Part shown: piece by piece, positions 1 through 5,917 of the stretch
How positions within the stretch are numbered: the first letter of the stretch is position 1
Layout: every line of letters begins with the position of its first letter
Assembly: GCA_016748015.1 (NCBI GenBank)
Contig: JAAOMT010000190.1
Span: forward strand, 1-5,917
Length of the DNA: 5,917 nt
From: Geosiphon pyriformis uo1
Lineage: Eukaryota; Fungi; Glomeromycota
Direction of reading: 5' to 3'
The notes under the pieces: model-generated
What the model saw: only the letters and a program-made list of their open reading frames with translations
Database searches by the model: none
What the model was told of the DNA's origin: nothing
Translations under genes and position numbers: made by a program

Positions 1-518
1 TACTATTGGTTACCCCCCCCCCCAGCCCCCCCCACTTCCCCATACCACCACTACCGATACACCCAACACCTCTATAATGGGCACCAATCCCAGATCATGG
101 CCCCTCAAATCCCTTGTATTTGGGACCACCCCAAGTATGTAGTTGTACCAGTGATTTTTGGCCTAAATAGGTGGTTGGTATCCAAATGGGGATCTATTGC
201 ACCCGAGCCAGTATCAATCCTTGGATATGTATACAAATGGGAAGGATAGTGGTTGTGGGGTCCCTTGGGGGTTGGTAAGGACTCCTGAGTACTACCTCCT
301 CTCATAATACATACCCTTAGAGTAGCTAGAAATTGGGTATACAAGTGGTTGTTTGGGGCATGCCGTTTCGCCCCCCCCCTTCTTATAGAGAATCGTTGAT
401 GGTGGGGAATAGAGATTGGATCCCTATGCCCCCCCCACCCCCGCAACTACCAACATCCCCAAATAGCTTACTCCTGAATAGGCGCTGCTTGTGGTTTTGG
501 GCATAGAGAGGGCAGGGA

Positions 519-616
519 GTAAGTAGCCCTAATGGTATATGATGGCCCAGGATACAATACAAAGCTTGTAATACCCTATTGATTTCCCTTATTTTGACTT
601 TGGCATTGGTAGGTAG
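519..616 (+). other. Putative spliceosomal intron 1 (acceptor uncertain)
   Basis: Consensus donor GTAAGT at 519, where the protein-like frame changes from frame 2 to frame 1. Frame-compatible acceptors are TAG at 616 (after TTGAC), CAG at 550 (only 32 nt), or a mutated TAG->TAA at 571. Confidence 0.4.
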
Positions 617-1584
617 CTATTACATGGACTGGATACCTTTGGCTCCCTGTACTTTTGTAGTCAATCTTAGAGTAATACCCCCGGGTCTCGTATACCAACC
701 CATATGGTAGTTCATTGGAGCGGTTGGATCCCGAAATTGAGTAGGAACTTTGGAGACTACTCAGGGTATTTTGCACCAGCCAACAAGTATTGGCCAACCC
801 TCTATTTTTTCTGGCTTAAGGGGTTTGGTGCATCTTGGAGAATCCGGATCCTCCTTGGACCCATAGCCCCCCCAAGACTACGCCTCAAACCGTTACCCCC
901 CTAAGCCCCCCCAGATTTTTGCTATATGGATCCCCCCATTTACCCCTACCCATGTATTGTAGCCCATCTAGTACTTGCCCATCTCCCATACCACTTCTGG
1001 TAATATACAAATACTCCTGGAGACTGCTTTGACAGATTTGGTAGCCATTGGGTAGCTAGGAGTACAACAGACCCTTATTACTCCCCTATGGTCCTTTACC
1101 CTATGCGCCTCTATTGGTTTGGTTACTTATCTTTTATCCCCAAAATGCCGGGGCTTGGTATCTTTTATGGGAGTCTGGTACCTTACAAGCTCTTATCCCC
1201 CCAATCCAACCCCGCCTACAGTTGGCCTGGGTATGGGGTATATTTAGGCATTCCTGACGGGTGGGGGAGGGTGTTGGGTAGGTGGTATGGGTATTTGTAC
1301 AAACACATGTAGATTTGTCTGCTTACCCTGGATTTAGTTGATTTGGTTTGGTTTTTGATAATAATCATCATTACCATTTATTGGACCCCATTACAACCCT
1401 TACCCATCCAACATTTAGGGCCCCTTTAATCATCGCGGTTACAAGGGATCCATACCAAGACCAGACTACATAAAGTATACGGTATATGGGGCCCGTCGAG
1501 AAAGCTTTGATCTACCGGGGGTAAAATTTGACTTGATTGGGCTATTATGACCAACCCCTTGTTTTGGGTATAAACCTTGACAAC

Positions 1585-1638
1585 GTAAGTATACTTCAGG
1601 GATTTGATTTTAGACTGTTTGTACTTGTCCTGTTAAAG
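1585..1638 (+). other. Putative intron 2 (acceptor and downstream frame uncertain)
   Basis: Consensus donor GTAAGT at 1585 at a frame-1 codon boundary, followed by T-rich sequence ending ..CCTGTTAAAG (54 nt). The frame in 1640-2260 is ambiguous. Confidence 0.35.
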
Positions 1639-2260
1639 AGGGCTTGTACAATTTGGTATGTTGGTATAAGGGATAGGCTCTGGGGATTTGGGGGTATGGA
1701 TAGTGACAATACTCTAGTCACGTCTCTATTAACAAGGTTTGGTAGCTTATCCATGAGACATGAGAGTCCCTGCAACCTCAATAGTGGCTTGGACCCTTAT
1801 TATTTGGACAAGTACGGAGACCCTGCAGTAGATTGGTTGGATTGGTTATATGGGTACTTTTGTCCTATCGCCTTGATTTGAGTGATGAGGGCTCCAAATA
1901 GCTATAGCCTATTAGAGTTATAGTACGGTAGCCCATAGTATTGCGTATACGGGGTTGATTTGCGGTGAGAGGTATTGATTTGGTCATCAAATGGGTCCTA
2001 TTAGTTGGTAGTGGGTATTTTTGTAGTGGTACCCCGCATAGATCCCTTATCCAGACTTGGTGTTGGATGGACTTGGATCAAATAAGTGGTGAGGGGTCTA
2101 GCGGGTCTATAGTACTAGGGGAGCGATCCCCGGTGCTTGGTTTCAATACCTTCACCATTTTACCCCCTGGGTGTTGGGGGACGTAGGGAATGTGTATTTA
2201 TGCATTACCCATGAGGACCCCCGGTTCAACAAGTACTAGGTAGTATCTATGGACCAGATG

Positions 2261-2318
2261 GTGAGTGTCCTTTAGTCACTATGCAATACTATAACTGATG
2301 TATTACCATGAGGGGCAG
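2261..2318 (+). other. Putative intron 3 (58 nt)
   Basis: Donor GTGAGT at 2261, branch-like ACTGAT at 2294-2299, acceptor GCAG at 2318. It joins frame 2 (..HEDPRFNKYQVVSMDQM) to the G-first-biased frame 3 that follows. Confidence 0.55.
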
Positions 2319-3350
2319 ATTAGATTATAGGTAGTATATTGATGGAGCCTGGTATGTGCAATAAGCAGTTTGGGATACTATGTTGTGGTACTTGGATAGT
2401 AGGCACCTGGTATGGATGTTTTTGTGGTTGATTTGGTTGTTTGAACTACTAGTATGGTATTAGGACCCAATGTAGCTTTGAAAGCATGGGTACGGGTACT
2501 TGGATTCCCTCTACTTGTTTAAGTTGGTTTGGGTTCTAGAGCCATAGTGATTGGTACAGTACTGGAAGCAATAGGGTTTAGTACTTGGACCCCCCCCCCC
2601 CTGTTGGTTCTACTCAAGGATCTAGCAAAAGTTAGGATACGGCTTGTCCTAGAGGGGAGATCCCCTTTTGGGTTGGTGAGGAGATGGGGGATTGCGAATA
2701 CTTTGACGGGATGATTGGGTAGTGTTTTAGGTATTGGCGTAGCTATTGCTTACCCCTTTTGGTCAGTTTGATGAGGATTGGGGCTATAAGTCCTTATAGA
2801 TATACCAGTCTATCTAGATATACCCTATTGTCTTGGGAGTGGTTTTGTAAGGGTAGTATGGGTAATGATTTTTATTGGAGACACCAGTCTAGTTTGTACG
2901 GTACCCCCCCTACTTGGGGTACTCTGGAGGTCCCTCATGGGTGGGGAGATACAAGGGGCTCTTGGATGGGACGTATTGGGCAGTTTGGACAGGAGTTTTG
3001 GTATAGTACTTTAGCAAGGGTATACAGGATTGGGTATTGGTATTTGGTACGTACCCTTATTGTCTAGCCCCTTTGACTTTAAGCAGGTTTGTGGATTTGT
3101 ACCCATATGGGGATGTATTTAGCTTTTGGCCACGAATATCCCATACTATGAGTATCCTATATGACAACTATAGAGTAGGTATTTGGTGGCCCCTAGAAAT
3201 AGGTCCTTTTTTTGTTGTGGTGGTCAATGACAGTCGGGTTTGCTTGTTTGTGGGACTCCCCCCCCCCCCTGGTTTTACCCTCCTACAGTTGGTATGGTTA
3301 GGTCTAGGGGATGGGGCCCTTGCTACAGGTAGTCTTTGTAGTGGCTACAG

Positions 3351-3411
3351 GTATGTATTGGTTCCCTATTTGTGGGGACGGTCCTTATCTGCCCCCCCCC
3401 GTGCAAACCAG
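3351..3411 (+). other. Putative intron 4 (61 nt; alternative acceptor 3432)
   Basis: CAG|GTATGT donor at 3351. Both CAG at 3411 and TAG at 3432 (after GCTTAC at 3416-3421) join frame 3 to the protein-like frame 1 downstream. Confidence 0.5.
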
Positions 3412-3758
3412 TCTAGCTTACCCCCCATTTAGCACTGAGGACTTGGGGACAGGGGCCATAAGGGCTTTGAGTCTGACGGATATACCCAGAGGCTCCCCAA
3501 GCATAAGCCCATGACCCCTATATCCCTTGAGGCCCCCCCCCGGGGTAGTATCCCTGTTTGGTTGGTCTAAGGGACCAAGGATCCCAACTCTTAGTGGCCC
3601 TTGTTTTATAACATTCAACCAGCTCAAACTTAGGCTCAATTAGCATAGAATCTGCTGGATAGCCTCATAAACTGCCTATTTTTGTCATCCCGCAAGGATT
3701 AAACAGGTGTGTCGGGTTTGGTAGGGCTATTGGCTTTGAACACTTTACCCCTTATTTT

Positions 3759-3825
3759 GTATGTTGGGGCTTATTGGGTAGGGGTTTGGAGTGTTAGTAG
3801 TGGGATATTGGTAAGAAACTTGTAG
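3759..3825 (+). other. Putative intron 5 (67 nt)
   Basis: GTATGT at 3759 and TTGTAG at 3825 give the frame 1 to frame 2 switch (..LPLIF|IRHLTVISL..). There is no clear branch point, and a competing donor GTAAGA lies at 3811. Confidence 0.35.
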
Positions 3826-4381
3826 TATAAGACACCTTACAGTCATATCCTTGGTGATGGATTGGGGATGTATTGAGTACTATTTTATGGGTAATTTACT
3901 GATGGCTAATTATGGAGTTAGTATACTGAGTTCAGATGGTACTCATGACTACCCCTATGGGGGTTGGGGGCTCCACTAAACAACCCTTGCTGCTCATACT
4001 GTGATACACGGTGGGTTGTGGGATATACACAATACTCTTACCCTACCCAACCCCTAACCCTTTTACCCCTTTTTACACTCCACGGTCACTTATGCCCCAG
4101 CCTCATAGGAGTTTGTAATACTTGAGTGGGATGTGGGGGGGGACATTGGGAAGTTGGTGTATGGTATCCAGCCTTACTTTCTTAAAGGAGTACTTGATTT
4201 TTATGGCTTTACACTAATGTGGTTTGTGGTAGGGACCCCTTTACTCTCTATTGAGAAGAAACTGATGGGACTTATATGGATGGTTTACTGAGTACTTTAC
4301 TTTACTCTTTAGGACTGAGGTTGGAAGGTTGTTAGAGCGATATGGGTATTTTACGGACCATTTTACCCAATTACATGGATT

Positions 4382-4433
4382 GTAAGTACTTACTCATGAC
4401 TTTACTTGACTATTTAGAGTCTTGATGATTAAG
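4382..4433 (+). other. Putative intron 6 (52 nt)
   Basis: Donor GTAAGT at 4382 at a frame-2 codon boundary, with CTTGAC/CTTGAT branch-like motifs at 4405 and 4421. An AAG acceptor at 4433 opens the Asp/Glu-rich frame 3 (EYDF..). Confidence 0.45.
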
Positions 4434-4996
4434 GAGTACGATTTTTGGATGGGTAAGGGATGGGAGGGGTGATAGCTTACAGGTATTTATGAACTGACTC
4501 TATCCTGCTTGGAGTTGGGGTTTGTTAGATGGTGTCAAGATCCTGGGGCTATATGGGTAATGGGCTACAAACTACAAGGATAATAGGAGGATATACGATT
4601 TGTACGGGATTTAATTGATTGATTGGCATTTAGTCTCAATGAGGAGGTAGATTGGTGGGTGGTTACCTACTATTCTCCTATCCTGCCCTACCCATACAAC
4701 AGGTATTGGTGCCAGGCACTATCCCCTTACTACGGGGTATTGAGAGCTCATGTAGTAAGATCCTGGGGATAATGGCTGATGGGTATCCAGGACGTTTTAA
4801 ACCCTATTTATGAGATCCGTTTTTAGGTTTGCTCGAATGGGATCGAGTACTCTACAAGTAGTTGGTTGATTGGGGTTCTAGGGGTTCTACCCATCCCTGC
4901 CCACCTCGCACTTTGCATTGAGGCCGCTTATACCCTAGTGATTTTTAGGGGACACCACCTTGGACGTCTGGTGGATGACTTTAAGTCTACTGAGGA

Positions 4997-5063
4997 ATAC
5001 TGATTGGTTTTGAGTACTGATTGGGGTGATTGGGAGTTGCTAATATTTGATGGATTGGTATAG
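4997..5063 (+). other. Putative intron 7 (donor degenerate)
   Basis: Branch GCTAAT at 5039-5044 and TAG acceptor at 5063 precede a protein-like frame 1 (DMVQDFLEGLIKQSRDG..). A frame-compatible donor requires either a mutated GT->AT at 4997 or a weak GTCTAC at 4985. Confidence 0.4.
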
Positions 5064-5627
5064 GGATATGGTATAAGACTTTCTTGAGGGACTAATAAAG
5101 TAGTCTTGGGATGGAGCTCCTGTATTTATATGCTTGATTGAGTTGACTATGCATGAGTATCCTTTGGTAGATTAATGATGGATTTGGGATAGGTATTGGT
5201 ATAGTATTTATTGCTCCTTTAGGGACCAAAGTATCTAGCTTTGTTATAGAGGCTTCAGCATAAACATTCTTTTACTTCTTGCTTAGTAGTAGAGAAGTTA
5301 GATGGAGGCTTGTATTGATGGTCCCCTTTCATAAGAGTCCTGGATATTTTACTGATGGTCCTCCTTTGAGACTCCTAGTCATGGGGATATTTATGGAGAG
5401 AGTACTGAGGAGCCCTGATTTGACGAGATGGTAAACTGATTGTGTGTATCAACCCCACCCTTTGTATTGGGACGTATGTCTGATTAATTGATATTGGTCT
5501 ACCATTGAGTTGGGTATTGGTGGTGGGTGGGGATTGGGGACCCCTTTGCTTATGATTTGCCCAACACGGTATTCACTGTGGGTGGGGAGTTGTTGGGCTA
5601 CAACTGGGTTTGGGGTGGTATGGTACT

Positions 5628-5643
5628 CCCCCCCCCCCCCCCC
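5628..5643 (+). repeat. Poly-C tract (C16), longest of many
   Basis: Directly visible. Other runs: C11 13-23, C8 26-33, C9 371-379, C8 429-436, C12 2590-2601, C12 3258-3269, C9 3392-3400, C9 3533-3541. Confidence 0.95.
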
Positions 5644-5708
5644 GCCTTACGGGATCTTTATACTGCTGGCGTTACACCAATCCAATCTTTTTTTGGATAC
5701 CAATAAGA

Positions 5709-5805
5709 GTACGCGTGTTTACCTCAACTACACATACACTACCATACCTAACCATCAACTCCATACTAACCCACCCCATACCTATCCATCCCCTCCACCT
5801 CCTAG
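5709..5805 (+). other. Putative intron 8 (97 nt)
   Basis: Donor GTACGC at 5709, perfect branch TACTAAC at 5764-5770, a C/T-rich tract, and a CCTAG acceptor at 5805. It spans the G-poor, C/A-rich island and joins ..SFFGYQQE to QYSYKPQTMVG.. Confidence 0.6.
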
Positions 5806-5817
5806 ACAGTACTCTTA

Positions 5818-5878
5818 CAAACCCCAAACAATGGTTGGACCCCAAAACCCATGGTGGACCAAAACCCCAATGGTGGAC
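5818..5878 (+). repeat. Three imperfect tandem copies of a ~19-23 nt unit, consensus CAAAACCC(CA)ATGGTGGAC
   Basis: ATGGTTGGAC at 5831-5840, ATGGTGGAC at 5851-5859 and 5870-5878, each preceded by CAAA(A)CCC. Confidence 0.7.
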
Positions 5879-5917
5879 GGTTTGGAAAATGGGGAGCCCC
5901 AAAGGGTTGGGCCCCCC

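Larger units (their letters stand above)
77..5917 (+). pseudogene. Hypermutated (RIP-like) multi-exon relic of a large protein-coding gene of unknown family; 3' end not in window
   Basis: ATG at 77 (ataATGg) follows a C-rich leader. Long + strand frames read as protein when TAA/TAG->Gln and TGA/many TGG->Arg are restored. Examples: KQLTPEQALLVVLGIERAG (~460-517), SLERLDPEIEQELRRLLRVF (~712-771), AQTQAQLAQNLLDSLINCLF (~3622-3681), QQEDIRFVRDLIDRLAFSLNEEVDRR (~4581-4658), STEEPRFDEMVNRL (5401-5442), ALRDLYTAGVTPIQSFFGYQQE (5644-5708). There is codon-phase bias: in 4434-5000, GA starts at codon position 1 about 21 times vs about 11 and 9 at the other positions; in 2319-2714, G occurs at position 1 about 49 times vs about 34-35. 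Frame switches fall at splice-site-like sequences. Caveats: stop density is close to random, so support is compositional, and this could be more than one gene. Confidence 0.6.

Noticed and set aside
1480-1500. Minus-strand LDGPHIP resembling PIF/Harbinger IDGTHIP
   Set aside because: No other DDE_Tnp_4 motifs flank it.
105-1781. Three minus-strand ORFs (105-446, 576-797, 1596-1781) in the same frame, suggesting a long minus-strand gene
   Set aside because: The translations lack motifs, and the + strand frames and splice signals explain the region better.
704-3514. Supplied + strand ORFs as independent small genes
   Set aside because: Many use non-ATG starts, they are Trp/Gly/Val/Tyr-skewed, and none has a recognisable domain. 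They are stop-free fragments of the relic or off-frame chance ORFs.
3787-3840. Minus-strand intron-like signal (GTAAGG at 3840, TACTAAC at 3799-3793)
   Set aside because: There is no intact nearby YAG acceptor and no convincing minus-strand exons. It is probably chance, though not fully excluded.
4190-4370. FTLMxFVxGTPL..GPF resembling APH/kinase-like proteins
   Set aside because: No downstream HxD-x4-N or DW/DFG catalytic motifs were found.
4681-4695. Minus-strand MGRAG resembling helicase motif VI
   Set aside because: It is an isolated short match with no Walker A or DExH motifs in register.
4537-4768. 12-bp direct repeat AAGATCCTGGGG (4537 and 4757), small duplications (GCTACAGGTA 3322/3344, GGGGTTCTA x2 at 4872) and palindrome GTAAGTACTTAC at 4382
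   Set aside because: These lengths are within chance expectation for 5.9 kb of biased sequence, and there is no regular spacing, so they are not CRISPR or LTR structure.
77-5917. Alternative genetic code (all three stops reassigned) or U-to-C RNA editing of a live gene
   Set aside because: Sense codons show the same C->T skew, depletion affects both strands (TTC and GAA), and some splice sites appear mutated. DNA hypermutation is more parsimonious. RNA-seq would be needed to exclude editing formally.

Overview
This window looks like eukaryotic, probably fungal, nuclear DNA with no intact gene. The ORFs in the supplied track appear to be fragments or shadows. My best reading is one very large, intron-containing + strand gene relic. 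It has a probable ATG at 77, runs off the right edge, and covers roughly 1,700+ codons in about 9 exons. Dense C->T/G->A hypermutation has destroyed it: in-frame stops read naturally as ancestral Gln/Arg codons (CAA/CAG/CGA), and changes of the best reading frame mostly coincide with short GT..AG introns, several with branch-point-like motifs. The mutation footprint is unusual. CpG and TTC/GAA are strongly depleted, CpA/TpG is still common, and long poly-C tracts persist. I could not assign the ancestral protein to any family. Exon boundaries are tentative, especially at 1585-2260. I found no rRNA, tRNA, CRISPR array or recognisable transposase/RT motif, and I cannot claim a defined new biological system from the sequence alone. 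All counts are approximate hand counts.
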